Shown piece by piece: positions 1 to 10,640 of a stretch of DNA of 64,000 nt. Origin of the DNA: Candidatus Obscuribacterales bacterium (GTDB lineage Bacteria; Cyanobacteriota; Vampirovibrionia; Obscuribacterales; Obscuribacteraceae); NCBI GenBank assembly GCA_038322035.1, contig JBBQFO010000001.1, positions 17,366-81,365 of the forward strand. Direction: 5' to 3'. Both the position numbers and the translations under genes were made by a program. The notes beneath the pieces are model-generated. The model was not told the DNA's origin, made no database searches, and was given only the letters and a program-made list of their open reading frames with translations. Position 1 is the first letter of the stretch. Each line of letters starts with the position of its first letter.

Positions 1-690
1 CTGCGCTTAGTGGATGCAAAATTAAAGGCTCTCTCTGGTCAAGCTGTGAATGTGGCGAAAATTCCTCTTCCCCAATCTGATGCAGATCGCCCTGCCTTTG
101 CCGAATGTTTAATGGCGCAAGGCAAATACAACGAAGCAACAGATCAAATGTACAAAGCTATTAACTCGACTAGTGACACCGCAAAATTGTTCGCAATCGG
201 AGATCTTGCCTTGCTGATCAAAGATTTGCCGTCAGCTGAACTCGCTTACAAGCGCGCCTCGAGCTTCGTCGGACAGGCTGAGAGGGCTCATCGGGGCATG
301 GATTTGATCTTCAAGGCGAGAGAAGAGGCAAAGCAGAATTTGAATCTGGCCAACGATTTAGCCCGCAGTCGTCAATTCCCTAGCTCCATTGATAAGTTTC
401 GATTGGCTGCATATCAGGATCCTAAGGTGGCTGACACTCATCTTTTCTTTGCTCAAACGCTCGAAAAGATTTCTGAACAAACAAGCAAGACAATCCGAGA
501 AACAATTGCTCAATACAAGGCTTATTTAGAACTGGCACCTGGTGTACCCGCAGCAACACAGGACAAATTGCAAAAGCGTGTCGCTAAGTTAGAATCTAAA
601 GCACTCAAAATTGAACAATCTGCTGTTCAACCTGGTCAGCCAAAACCGAGTTTATTTCAGCGTCTTTCCATTTTGAAGTCTGTAGACTAG
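1..690 (+). CDS. Helical-repeat (TPR-like) protein, 5'-truncated by window edge
   Basis: ORF 10..690 stays open back to base 1 (CTG CGC TTA, no stop). Ala/Leu/Lys-rich helical repeats such as 'AECLMAQGKYNEATDQMYKAI' and 'AIAQYKAYLELAP'. No catalytic motif seen. Confidence 0.5.
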   Translation: MRLVDAKLKALSGQAVNVAKIPLPQSDADRPAFAECLMAQGKYNEATDQMYKAINSTSDTAKLFAIGDLALLIKDLPSAELAYKRASSFVGQAERAHRGMDLIFKAREEAKQNLNLANDLARSRQFPSSIDKFRLAAYQDPKVADTHLFFAQTLEKISEQTSKTIRETIAQYKAYLELAPGVPAATQDKLQKRVAKLESKALKIEQSAVQPGQPKPSLFQRLSILKSVD

Positions 691-1042
691 ATCTGCATGT
701 AGCTCTAGTGTGATCTGGCGATCGCGCGCTATGTAGCCACTCTTAGCTGTGCTGTTGAGCGTATGATTGCCTGCAGTGTAGTATACTAGTCTATGGTCTC
801 TATTGGCGCTACGTCGCGGTATCAAATATGGTGAATGTGATGCTGATCGGTGCGTCGTCGGAGCGAATATTTCAACAAATTTGTTGGAAGCGATGCGATA
901 ACTTTTAATGTGGATATAGGTTTGAGTGTTTGTATTTATCCCCCTTCCTACGTTCTAGTTCGTTTTGCTTGGTCATAATGGTAGTGGTGAGCAACCTGGA
1001 AGCTATCGCTTGATTTAATTTTGCCTGCAACGGTGGTCACGA

Positions 1043-4000
1043 ATGCGCGGGTTCTTTAAAAGTTCGTGGAAGATTCTGAGACGATTGAGTTCTTCGCCGC
1101 AGAGCGATGCCGCTCCCTCTTCTGATCATTCGCCGTCAGGTGCTGATACTGAAACTAGCAAAGCCGAGACTGATCAGCAGCAGCTCAAAGTTGGCTTTCT
1201 TGGCGAAGAAGAGATTAAGGCAAAAGAAGATCGAAGAGACCGCAGATCGACTTTGCTGGCCACTGTGTCGACAGAGTTGCGCACCCCCTTGACTCTGATC
1301 TTGGCGCCGCTCGAGTCGCTGCTCATGGGCAATCATGGCACCTTGACTGAAGATCAGAGCGCCTTGCTGCGTACCATCCACAACAACTCAGTCAGATTGC
1401 TGCAGATGGTTTCTGGGATGCTTGATTTTTCAGATGCTCAATCTGGTTCGATTCAGGTCAGTCGACAGCCGGTTGACGTCGCTGCTTTGACAGGCGCTGT
1501 TGTGTCTGACTTCCAGTCGATTATTGCCTCAAGAAATGTGAATTTGACTTACGATCCACAATCGGCGAATTTGCTGGTCAATATCGATCGATATTTATAC
1601 GAACGAATCGTCTCCAATTTGATATCAAATGCGGTGAAGTTTACGATGGCGGGCGGGCAGGTCAAAGTTTCATTGCGCTACGATAACGCTCGGCTGGTGC
1701 TATCTGTGCTTGATACTGGAGTAGGTATCCCAGATGAAACGTTGAAGTCTTTATTTCAGGAGTTCAAACAGCTGAATGAAGTATCGTCGAGGCACGTCGA
1801 AGGCGTCGGACTTGGGCTATCGCTGGTTAAAGAGTATGCGGACCTGTTAGACGGTACGGTGACTGTGCGCAGTGGTACCGGTCAGGGCAGCCTGTTCACA
1901 GTGGACGTCTTTGCACCTTTGACCGAATTGCCGGCAGCACTACTGCCCCATGTCGACACAGCCATTACGCAGGCTGTCACCGTTGCTCCCTTTCAGCAAA
2001 AATCTGATACCAACAAACATTTGCCTCGCGTATTGATTGCGGAAAACAATACTGAGTTGGCATCCTATATTCAGGGACTGCTCAGTGAAATGTGCATGAC
2101 CAAACTTGCCGCCGATGGTGAGGATGCGTTGACAATTGTGAATGAGTGGCACCCGGACTTGATTTTGGCAGCGGTAATGCTGCCTAAGCGAGATGGACTG
2201 AGTTTCTGTCGAGAGGTCAAATCTCGTTCAGACACCTCAGTAATCCCAGTTGTCTTGCTGACACCATTGACCCAACGCGAGGCCATGCTTCAGGGCTGGG
2301 AAGCTGGTGCAGATGAGTATCTGTTCAAGCCATTCCACCCTGCTGAACTGGTTACACGGGTTCGATCGCTTCTGCGCAGCGTGCAACAGCGTAAGCGTGC
2401 ACAAGAGCAAATTGAACGATTGAACGAAGCTCTGGAAAAACGAGTAATCGAATTGGCAAACGCCAATCGTGAGTTGAAGTCGCTGGCATCCAAGCTGGAA
2501 CAGGCTCGCGACCAGGCTTTGGAAGCATCCCGATTCAAGTCTGTGTTTCTTGCCAACATGAGTCATGAAATTCGAACACCTATTAATGGCGTAATCAGCA
2601 TGAGCGATATGTTGATGCGAACTCGTTTGAATGATGAGCAAGTTGAAGTCGCCAATATCATTCAAGACTCCGCAAAAGCCCTGCTCGACATTATCAACGA
2701 TATTCTCGACTTCTCGAAAATTGAAGCCGGCAAGTTGGAGTTGGAAATTGTAGACTTCGAACTTTTGCATGTTGTTGAAGGAACAGCAGAACTGATCGCC
2801 GACCAGGCGCGACAGAAAAAATTATCTCTGATGACCTATGTGGCGCCTGATGTGCCGACTTCATTGCGTGGTGATCCTGGTCGCCTGCGTCAGATTCTTC
2901 TCAACCTTCTCAGTAACGCAATTAAGTTTACCGAAGGCGGTGAGGTGGTTGTCGAGGCAACTTTAGATGTGATGGACGATAAGCGCTGTCGCGTCAAATT
3001 CTCGGTGCGTGATACTGGTATAGGCATGCCCCAAGCAGCAGTCTACAGGCTGTTTCAACCATTCACACAAGCGGACGGTTCGATCACGCGTCGATATGGT
3101 GGTACTGGACTGGGATTGTCGATTGCCAAACTCCTGGTCGAGCTACTCGGTGGCAGAATCGGCGTGCGCAGCACCGAAGGAAGAGGGTCGACTTTCTGGT
3201 TCTCCGTACCGCTTGAACGCTCACATGAAGAGCCTGAGCAACCGATTGATCACGGCAAATTCGATCTTGAAAATACAAAAGTTCTGTTGGTTGAGACTTT
3301 GGAAGGCACCGCCAAAATCATTCAAGACTACACTGCAAGCTGGGGCATGACTTGTCAAACAGTGCCGGGAGTGACAGAAGCTCTTGCGGCTATGCGAGCC
3401 GCTGTTGAATTGGGCGAGCGATTCGATGTGGCGATTGTCGAGTTGATCATGCCTGATTCTGTAGGCCTGGAATTTGCCCAAACAGTTCAAGCTGATCCTG
3501 TTTTGAGCAAAACTAAATTGATTCTCTGCACAGCTGAAGACAAAGGCAGACTTGGGGAAGGGGCTCTAAAAGCTGGTTTCTCCGCATATCTAATCAAGCC
3601 TTTGAAACAATCCCGACTCTTCGATTGCATCGCGTTAGTTCTCAACGCCTCAACAGAAACAGAAACGGAAGCACTGGCGGCCTACAAACCTCCTCGTCTG
3701 AATACAACCGCAGAAATGACAGTCTTTCAAAAGACAGGAATGGTGCTGGTGGCAGAGGACAATCCAGTCAATCAAAAAGTAGCGATGATGTTGCTGAAAG
3801 AACTCGGTTTCTCTGCGCATGTTGTTGGCAGCGGTTTAGAGGCGGTGGAGGTTCTCAACCACACGCCCTATTCTCTGATTCTTATGGACTGCCAGATGCC
3901 GGAAATGGACGGTTTTGAGGCTACGGGGGCGATTCGAAAAGCCGAGGTGTTGACCGGTCGTCATATCCCGATTATTGCGATGACGGCTCACGCGATGCAG

Positions 4001-4522
4001 GGAGATCGAGAAAAATGCATCGCCTCAGGTATGGATGACTACGTCAGTAAGCCTGTCACTGCAGCAAAGCTAAAGGAAGTGTTAGTGCGTTGGTTTAAGA
4101 CTGACACAGCTGCCTGGCGAGGCGTTCAGCCAGTATCACAGAATAAATCTGATAGCGGTGGCAGTGGACGTCCGCCGGGCCTGATCAATTATGAGTCTTT
4201 GAAAGAAACTTGTGGCGAAGACGGCGCTATTGAGCTGATCGGTGTTTTCACGTCATCTACCGATACGTTATTGGTTCGCATCTACGACGCCATCACAGCC
4301 AAAGATTCAATTAAGCTGAAGTCGTCTGCCCATGAACTTAAGGGGTCATGCGGCTCGATGGGCTCTACTGATATGGCTGCACTTTGTAAAGAGTTGGAAC
4401 AGTGCACAGTCGCTCAGAATTGGGACCTGGCGCCGACTCTATATATGCAACTGAACAGCGTCTACGAGAACGTGCAGGCGTATTGTAAAGAGTTGTTAGA
4501 CGCCTACAGTCCCTCTGCATGA
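1043..4522 (+). CDS. Hybrid sensor histidine kinase with two kinase cores: degenerate HisKA-HATPase-degenerate REC / coiled coil / HisKA-HATPase-degenerate REC-REC-HPt
   Basis: Core 1: H-box 'VSTELRTPL' (Thr77 where the phospho-His normally sits), ATP-lid boxes 'NLISNAVKF','DTGVGI','GVGLGLSLV'. REC1 '[15 protein letters not shown]' has Ala at the acceptor-Asp position. Core 2 is canonical: '[12 protein letters not shown]','[10 protein letters not shown]','DTGIGM','[10 protein letters not shown]'. REC2 '[12 protein letters not shown]' has Glu at the acceptor position. REC3 is canonical: '[13 protein letters not shown]'. HPt '[13 protein letters not shown]'. No TM or sensor domain seen. Confidence 0.9.
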   Translation: MRGFFKSSWKILRRLSSSPQSDAAPSSDHSPSGADTETSKAETDQQQLKVGFLGEEEIKAKEDRRDRRSTLLATVSTELRTPLTLILAPLESLLMGNHGTLTEDQSALLRTIHNNSVRLLQMVSGMLDFSDAQSGSIQVSRQPVDVAALTGAVVSDFQSIIASRNVNLTYDPQSANLLVNIDRYLYERIVSNLISNAVKFTMAGGQVKVSLRYDNARLVLSVLDTGVGIPDETLKSLFQEFKQLNEVSSRHVEGVGLGLSLVKEYADLLDGTVTVRSGTGQGSLFTVDVFAPLTELPAALLPHVDTAITQAVTVAPFQQKSDTNKHLPRVLIAENNTELASYIQGLLSEMCMTKLAADGEDALTIVNEWHPDLILAAVMLPKRDGLSFCREVKSRSDTSVIPVVLLTPLTQREAMLQGWEAGADEYLFKPFHPAELVTRVRSLLRSVQQRKRAQEQIERLNEALEKRVIELANANRELKSLASKLEQARDQALEASRFKSVFLANMSHEIRTPINGVISMSDMLMRTRLNDEQVEVANIIQDSAKALLDIINDILDFSKIEAGKLELEIVDFELLHVVEGTAELIADQARQKKLSLMTYVAPDVPTSLRGDPGRLRQILLNLLSNAIKFTEGGEVVVEATLDVMDDKRCRVKFSVRDTGIGMPQAAVYRLFQPFTQADGSITRRYGGTGLGLSIAKLLVELLGGRIGVRSTEGRGSTFWFSVPLERSHEEPEQPIDHGKFDLENTKVLLVETLEGTAKIIQDYTASWGMTCQTVPGVTEALAAMRAAVELGERFDVAIVELIMPDSVGLEFAQTVQADPVLSKTKLILCTAEDKGRLGEGALKAGFSAYLIKPLKQSRLFDCIALVLNASTETETEALAAYKPPRLNTTAEMTVFQKTGMVLVAEDNPVNQKVAMMLLKELGFSAHVVGSGLEAVEVLNHTPYSLILMDCQMPEMDGFEATGAIRKAEVLTGRHIPIIAMTAHAMQGDREKCIASGMDDYVSKPVTAAKLKEVLVRWFKTDTAAWRGVQPVSQNKSDSGGSGRPPGLINYESLKETCGEDGAIELIGVFTSSTDTLLVRIYDAITAKDSIKLKSSAHELKGSCGSMGSTDMAALCKELEQCTVAQNWDLAPTLYMQLNSVYENVQAYCKELLDAYSPSA

Positions 4523-4620
4523 CCTTCTCGGGAACTGTTCCGCTAAATTGGTCGTCAACTTGTATTGTTATGTCCTTCATTCACACGGTATTGGTGGAAT
4601 GAACGCAGCGATCGGCTGAG

Positions 4621-5097
4621 GTGAAGATGATGTTGAATAGATATGCGAAAGCCGCAGGAACCGCACTTTCTCTTGTTTGCGCGTTGCAGATAGGTAGTGT
4701 TCAAGTCGCGGATGCTGCAAGCACTTACTATAGTGCCGGTGCTACAAGAGTTCGTGTCGCTCAGAAAAAAACATATTGGCAGCGCCATCCTAAAGTCAAA
4801 GCCGCTGCAATAGGCGGTGGTGTGGGTGCTGCCGGTGGCGCACTCGTTGGTGGGCTGACCGGACATGGTGTCGTGCGCGGTGCGGCGATTGGGGCGGGCA
4901 CCGGCGCTGGTGTCGGGCTGATTCGCTCTAGTCATACCCTGAAGCGTCATCCAATCGCTCGAGATGCGGCGACTGGAACCGTTGCTGGACTCGGTGTCGG
5001 CTGGGCCGGTGGTAGAGGCGGCAGCCGCGCCTTCAAAGGTGCCGCTATCGGTGGTGCAGTCGGTTTAGGCGTTGGCTTATTTAAAAATCTGCGCTAG
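4621..5097 (+). CDS. Secreted/outer-membrane glycine-zipper protein
   Basis: Signal-peptide-like N-terminus 'AAGTALSLVCALQIGSVQVADA'. Gly-zipper runs 'GGGVGAAGGALVGGLTG', 'GAAIGAGTGAGVGL', 'GAAIGGAVGLGVGL'. Confidence 0.6.
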   Translation: MKMMLNRYAKAAGTALSLVCALQIGSVQVADAASTYYSAGATRVRVAQKKTYWQRHPKVKAAAIGGGVGAAGGALVGGLTGHGVVRGAAIGAGTGAGVGLIRSSHTLKRHPIARDAATGTVAGLGVGWAGGRGGSRAFKGAAIGGAVGLGVGLFKNLR

Positions 5098-5125
5098 TTG
5101 TTTCGTCAGTTCTTAGAAATGGTGA

Positions 5126-5503
5126 CTAGTCGTTGACGCCGATTTCGGTAAATTTGTATTTGCCATGGTCCTTGGCAAATACATATATGGCTTCGCCACA
5201 GAAAACAAACACAGCGTCTTTGTCGGCTACCGGTTTTTCTTTGAGAAGACATTTTCTAACTGCGGTCGAAAAAATCTTCCCAGATTGAGCAATAAATGCC
5301 GCTCGGTCCAATTTCTTCTCCTCTAAGACATAAGGCAGCTTCGTCATCGATGCTAAAGCGGCTCTGTCGTTCTTCTGTATTGCACCTTTGAAACCAGACC
5401 AGAAGTCGAGGAAGTCTTTATCCAGCGGTTTGGTGGCGGCGTAAGCTGAGCTGCACACGACTGCGCACATGGCAATTGTCATTAGGATTATTCTGAGATT
5501 CAT
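5126..5503 (-). CDS. Secreted hypothetical protein
   Basis: Internal ATG at 5503 is preceded by GGAGGA and gives the signal peptide '[22 protein letters not shown]'. The ORF-track start at 5527 adds 8 aa. Confidence 0.55.
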   Translation of the reverse strand: MNLRIILMTIAMCAVVCSSAYAATKPLDKDFLDFWSGFKGAIQKNDRAALASMTKLPYVLEEKKLDRAAFIAQSGKIFSTAVRKCLLKEKPVADKDAVFVFCGEAIYVFAKDHGKYKFTEIGVND

Positions 5504-5601
5504 TGTTCCTCCGAGCTTGGCAGGCATATTCTATAATCGATCCACAATTTGCGCTGGTAAGAACTCCAGACTCTTGCAACTACGTCTCGGAGCTATCGAC
5601 T

Positions 5602-7479
5602 ATGACCAAAGAAGCTGAAGAAGAAGCACTAACATTCGACCGAATGCAGGTAGATCTGTTCGCTGCTTTGGCGGCATGGAGTGTTCCGTGGCAGCAGAGT
5701 TGGCGTTCAATTGGAATGTTGGAGAGACGGTGGCCAGCCGAAGAAATTCAGAAAATGGTTTCTGAAGGCGAAGCTGAGCACAAAGCCCAACCATCCATCT
5801 CTTTTCCCACACGTGGTTGGCTCAATGATTTGTTGTACAAGACTAAACCCGGAATGTTGGCGTCGGCTTTTCTTGGCACCGAAATCATGCATATCGCAGA
5901 TGCTATGTCTGAGGACATGCGTGTTGCTTCCGGTATTAAGAAGGCTGAAGAAATCGAGAACCGCGAGCTGGTAGAGCCGCTCTATCGCGAAGCTCTCGAG
6001 ACTTTTTCAGATTACTTGCCAGAAGGGTTGAACGAGACTGAACGCGACTTATACAAGTTTCAACGCGAGCATCTTATCCAGTCGTTAAAGATGGCACTCT
6101 CAGCGCATTTGTTGCTCAGTGGGCAGGTTCGCACTGGGGCTCGGATGTATCCACCGATGCCTGCCAATCCGATGGTGGGCTTTGCTGGAATTGTCGAAAA
6201 GGTAATGGAGACAACAACCGACCCTTCTTCATCCATTTACGAAGATTCTTCGAAAACGAGTTCTGTGAACGTACAAACTTTGGCGGCAGTAGCTAAAAAC
6301 GAATCCAATGCCAAGCATTTAATTCGCACTGCCAATGACGATCTCTTGTCGCATAAGCCGCGGTCGTCGATATTGGAGAAATACACGCAAGCTCTGTTAT
6401 TGCTAGGTTTGACTGACACCAAAGATAGTGCCAGTCTGGAATCCGAGTTGGACAAAGCTGCACGTCGATTCGTCGACACACCATATCCAATGCCTATCGT
6501 CGGTGGATTGTTTTTCGCCGCTGACATAATTCTTTCGTTGCGAGACTCTCACTTGTCACGAATTTATCTAATGCTTGATGACAAAGTAAGAGCCCTCGAA
6601 AACGATCAGTCGTATGGGTTTTCGAAGTATCTAAATCAGTTCATGCACAGTTTTACTCTAGCAAAAGCTCTGATGCAGCTTGGAAAAACTGAAGAGGCTG
6701 CGAAGATTGTTGGCCAGTGGGCTAAATCAGCAGAAACCTACGAGACGCCGCAAGATGTGACAGGGCGCACCCTCGGTTCGCTGCTCGTGACGCGAATTCT
6801 TGCTCGTTATGCTTTGCTGTTAGATTTAAGTGGCAAAGAAAACGAGAGTGCAACATGGTGGCAAAAAGTTTTGACTCGTTCTGAATGTTTATCTGCGCTT
6901 TGTGAGCTTTGCGCAGATCGGCTCGAAGTCAATGATTCAGTCAGTGTGACAAAAATGCTCAGTCAACTTAAGGACCATGCGCTAAAAGACGCCAAAACAA
7001 GCGACTTGATCTTTTATTGGTGGATTCTTCAGCAAGCTAAAGCCGATACTGCTGCTGCGGTTTTCGCAATTGCTAGTCAAAGAGATGATTTCATCAACAG
7101 CCTGGCCGATTTTACAAGTCTGGAGCTTTTGAGTCAGCGTCACGAATGTGCGGCTGCGGAGCAGTTGGTCAAGACTATTGAGGAGGCGATTTCTAAACCA
7201 ACCGGCGTTGATGGGGCGTCATTTGAATATGAATTGATCGGCGTTTATTTGCGACTTGCACTGGAATATCAACAACTAGAACTTACGCAAAATGCGGAAG
7301 ACAGTTATAAAAAAGGCCTGGCTTTGATGGAGTCGATGGTCACTAAAATAGAGACAGATCCAAGAAAGACAATGAAGCTAACTTATTTGCGAACCGAATT
7401 GATTCGCGAGTATGCTTTGTTTTTGGAGATGTTCAATCGTCGAAACGAGGCTCAGTGGCTGCGCCGGAAATTTAGTTGA
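5602..7479 (+). CDS. Hypothetical helical-repeat protein (TPR-like C-terminus)
   Basis: Long ORF. The in-frame ATG at 5602 ('MTKEAEEE') avoids overlap with the divergent 5126..5503 gene. The C-terminal region is helical-repeat-like ('[15 protein letters not shown]'). Confidence 0.55.
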   Translation: MTKEAEEEALTFDRMQVDLFAALAAWSVPWQQSWRSIGMLERRWPAEEIQKMVSEGEAEHKAQPSISFPTRGWLNDLLYKTKPGMLASAFLGTEIMHIADAMSEDMRVASGIKKAEEIENRELVEPLYREALETFSDYLPEGLNETERDLYKFQREHLIQSLKMALSAHLLLSGQVRTGARMYPPMPANPMVGFAGIVEKVMETTTDPSSSIYEDSSKTSSVNVQTLAAVAKNESNAKHLIRTANDDLLSHKPRSSILEKYTQALLLLGLTDTKDSASLESELDKAARRFVDTPYPMPIVGGLFFAADIILSLRDSHLSRIYLMLDDKVRALENDQSYGFSKYLNQFMHSFTLAKALMQLGKTEEAAKIVGQWAKSAETYETPQDVTGRTLGSLLVTRILARYALLLDLSGKENESATWWQKVLTRSECLSALCELCADRLEVNDSVSVTKMLSQLKDHALKDAKTSDLIFYWWILQQAKADTAAAVFAIASQRDDFINSLADFTSLELLSQRHECAAAEQLVKTIEEAISKPTGVDGASFEYELIGVYLRLALEYQQLELTQNAEDSYKKGLALMESMVTKIETDPRKTMKLTYLRTELIREYALFLEMFNRRNEAQWLRRKFS

Positions 7480-7520
7480 TTGGGTTTGATTGATTCATTG
7501 ATCCGGCAAAGTCGGCCGAT

Positions 7521-7976
7521 TTACTGTCTTGGTGGAGCTTTGTAATACTGAATCATTAGTTCGGACTTGTAGTGATCCGCGAGTGGTATTTCGTTTACGA
7601 TAACCATAATCGTGCCATCACTCCTACTTCCGGTGACGGTGCCTTTCGTCGCCACCGCAATTTTCCATCCCGCATTGCTCAACGCTGTCTTGTACCAGCC
7701 AACAGCTTCTGCTCGTCCTTCTCTGATATGCCAGGTCTGCCGGATACTGTCTCCATCATGATTGTCCGTCTTTTCGCCACACATGAAACGAGCTTGTCCA
7801 GTGTACTGCGGAACATCTGGTAGCATCTGTGGTGCTGATAATTGTTTTACCGGAATTGGTGGTGCAGACTTTTTCGTCTGACCATATTGTTGTGCGGTTA
7901 CAGCCAGTTGTAGAGTAAGAGTCGCAGCCAGAGCGGCAACAATCGTCTTGTTAACAAATTGCATAGAGACCTTCAT
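7521..7976 (-). CDS. Secreted hypothetical protein
   Basis: Signal peptide 'VNKTIVAALAATLTLQLAVTAQ'. Starts 4 nt downstream of the 7981..10230 gene's stop, so the two are probably co-transcribed. Confidence 0.55.
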   Translation of the reverse strand: MKVSMQFVNKTIVAALAATLTLQLAVTAQQYGQTKKSAPPIPVKQLSAPQMLPDVPQYTGQARFMCGEKTDNHDGDSIRQTWHIREGRAEAVGWYKTALSNAGWKIAVATKGTVTGSRSDGTIMVIVNEIPLADHYKSELMIQYYKAPPRQ

Positions 7977-7980
7977 CTGT

Positions 7981-10230
7981 TTAGTTGATATGAGTGAATG
8001 TGGATTGTCCTAATCCGATTTCAGAAAATGTCATTCTACCAAAATTGTTGTCCGCTCCTGAACCCGGCTGCCAGTCAGCATGATCGATGCATCTGAGCGG
8101 ATTTCCTGAGTCGATTTCAAGATAAGGTCTCATGTGCACTTTTTGATCGTTGGTCGAATCAACAATCGAACCATCCAAAAAGTATGTGTTTGTATAGCAA
8201 GCATTGTTGGTGTTCGGATATGAGCAGCAGCCATCAGGGGCGGTGCCTGTCAATTTTGGCGGTGGCGATTCACTTATTATGAGTGGCGCGCTCAAGTCAC
8301 CCCCTGGAAGATAAATGTACATCTTGTGTGCATTGTCCCATTTAGGGGAGTTAGGGGCTGACATTGACAGTGTCGTATCCAGCAATCTGTCTACGTCCGC
8401 ATCTGTAGTTTGAGGCTGTATTTGTTTACAGCGATTGGCGATGGCAGCGATCGTATCGGTTGCACAGCCTGGTGACTGCACCGCTTGGATCAACTTTTTG
8501 ATGCTACCTGGAGACTGCAGTGGAAGTGGATTATCTGGCGTCGGCATGTTCGGAGGAGTGGATGGCACCTGACCAGGTACAAGACTGGCAGGGTACAGTC
8601 CTAATCCCGAACTCGGAGCTCCCGAGGTTAAGTTCACAGTGGCAGAATTGTTGTAGGTAGGGACGCCGTTTCTGTCGAGGTTTCTCGCATTCCGTCCTTC
8701 GAATTCCGTCAAAAGGGTCGCCTTCGCCCAATCTGCTTGTGAGAAAAGCTGCGCTCCTCCTTGATTCAAGTAGGGAACCTTGTGGCTGTAGGTAGACTGA
8801 ATAGCTGGCAACGCCGCCACGCAGGCTCCCATCAAACCACCTTCAAATGCAAGGTCAGCGTAACAAAATTCTGGTTTTGATTGGTTCATCCGCGCCAGTA
8901 TGTCGATAGTAGCTTGATCTGGTGGATTGGATGACGATATCGGCTTGCTTTTCAAGTCAGCATTATATGCACCAGCATAAGTTATGCCGGGAATCCCAGT
9001 CGGCGGCGCCATGATTGTCGGGTCAGAGGTGTCCGGCGGGGACTTTTTCATGTTATCCGCTATCTGTTTCGCTTGATCGCTTTTTACTCCTTTCGCATAA
9101 TCGATCCACAGTGCCGGCGCGATTAAATTTGTGCTGAAGGTAACATAATCGCTGTTTTGAGTAGCGGAGTTGTCACCAAAGGCGTTAAAGCCAGCCTCCA
9201 TCAATTCGTTGTTGAAAATATTATCGCCATAGTCTTTCGGGTCATATCCAGGCGGTGTCTGGTTGGCCGGGAAATTTCCGAACTCAAGATATCCAAATGA
9301 CGAAGCTGCCGGAAATTGAAAGCCGCTGCCCAGCAATGACTTTCCAACATTGGACCCTCCCGAGCCTGGGGTGCCATTTTCAACTGCTCCTACTATCGCG
9401 CAAGCAATTGCTCCCGTTAACATATTCGTCTTCATCTCGGTAGTCTGTGAGCCGAGTTCCACCGCATTTGGTGGCGCCGATCCAAATGTTTTTGCGGAGC
9501 TGTTGAAATCGAAGCCCGACACCAGGTGGGGGTTCTGTTGTGGAAAGACAGGAACGCCGTAAATCGTTCTTCCCATCACCGAGATGGGTGCGTATCCTGC
9601 CATGTAGCCCTGACCTGTGCCAGCTGCTACATACGTGTTTTGATTTTTTGGTCCCAGTGAAGTAGTTGAAATTGGAATCGTCACGCCGTTGAGAAGCTGT
9701 TGACCACTGAAAAATATATTCGTCGGTCCAGAGGCCTTCATGTAAGCAACGTTGCAAGGAACAGTATTTTTGATGCCAATCAGTGAAGCCATGTGTACGG
9801 AGTTGTTGACGTCATTGAAATAGAGGTTTGAGTCTTTAATCTTTTGCGCTAGCCCCTTTCCCATCGCTTCCAGTTTGTCGACAACTTCATTAGCGTGGGC
9901 TTTATAATCGCCAGGCCCAGTCATGTTTGCTGCGTTTCCGGCAATCATGATCGCTTTTGCCACGCACCGGTTGTAAGTCAATAAATTGATGTAGTTGCAG
10001 CCGAGTGGATATTCGCAATCCTGAAATGGCGTTAGCGTGTCGACTCTCGCATCTCTGATGATGTGTTTAGCGACGTTCAGAGCACCAGCGTCAGTGGCGT
10101 TGGCAATCTCTCTTCCGCCACCAAGTATTTTCACGAGAAAGTAGACTGCAGTTCCGATCACGACTAGGACCAGAACACAAACTGCCACTAATCCAAGAGT
10201 GGCGCCTTTTCGGCGACGTGGTGTCATCAC
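7981..10230 (-). CDS. Large membrane-anchored/secreted protein with TadE/TadG-like N-terminal region
   Basis: N-terminus 'RRRKGATLGLVAVCVLVLVVIGTAVYFL...IANATDAGALNVAK' resembles the TadG-like N-terminal module (TM helix followed by an 'NAADAAALAGA'-like helix). The remaining ~690 aa are Gly/Asn/Pro/Ser-rich with no recognised domain. Confidence 0.6.
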   Translation of the reverse strand: MMTPRRRKGATLGLVAVCVLVLVVIGTAVYFLVKILGGGREIANATDAGALNVAKHIIRDARVDTLTPFQDCEYPLGCNYINLLTYNRCVAKAIMIAGNAANMTGPGDYKAHANEVVDKLEAMGKGLAQKIKDSNLYFNDVNNSVHMASLIGIKNTVPCNVAYMKASGPTNIFFSGQQLLNGVTIPISTTSLGPKNQNTYVAAGTGQGYMAGYAPISVMGRTIYGVPVFPQQNPHLVSGFDFNSSAKTFGSAPPNAVELGSQTTEMKTNMLTGAIACAIVGAVENGTPGSGGSNVGKSLLGSGFQFPAASSFGYLEFGNFPANQTPPGYDPKDYGDNIFNNELMEAGFNAFGDNSATQNSDYVTFSTNLIAPALWIDYAKGVKSDQAKQIADNMKKSPPDTSDPTIMAPPTGIPGITYAGAYNADLKSKPISSSNPPDQATIDILARMNQSKPEFCYADLAFEGGLMGACVAALPAIQSTYSHKVPYLNQGGAQLFSQADWAKATLLTEFEGRNARNLDRNGVPTYNNSATVNLTSGAPSSGLGLYPASLVPGQVPSTPPNMPTPDNPLPLQSPGSIKKLIQAVQSPGCATDTIAAIANRCKQIQPQTTDADVDRLLDTTLSMSAPNSPKWDNAHKMYIYLPGGDLSAPLIISESPPPKLTGTAPDGCCSYPNTNNACYTNTYFLDGSIVDSTNDQKVHMRPYLEIDSGNPLRCIDHADWQPGSGADNNFGRMTFSEIGLGQSTFTHIN

Positions 10231-10640
10231 AAATCCTCTTTGGTCTTGTTGTTCTATGGGCGGAGTAAGGTTGGTCTTCTAAAATAAGAAGTGCTGTGCA
10301 AGGTCGAGCAGAGAACGAGGATGCCAAACAACGGAAGAGTAAATTTTAAGGGCGGGTTTCCGTAGTCAGAAATTAGAGGGCGGCAATTCTAGTCGAGCGC
10401 CATTATGAAATCTGGTTAATCCTAATTTATCCCATCTATGTATATTGTTCAACCATGGCAGGCGCCATTTTTCGCGCTAAAAGCTTGTAAAGTGGCGCTG
10501 AAAGTCAGTCTTTCGCTTACATTAAAAGTGATTGGCTATTTGCTGTCCGACTGGGCCAGGGCAGATTTCCCCGGATGATATGATCACGGTGCCGTTTCAG
10601 CTCCATTTTTCAGTGTACGTTCCTGCTGCTTTCTGGGCAG

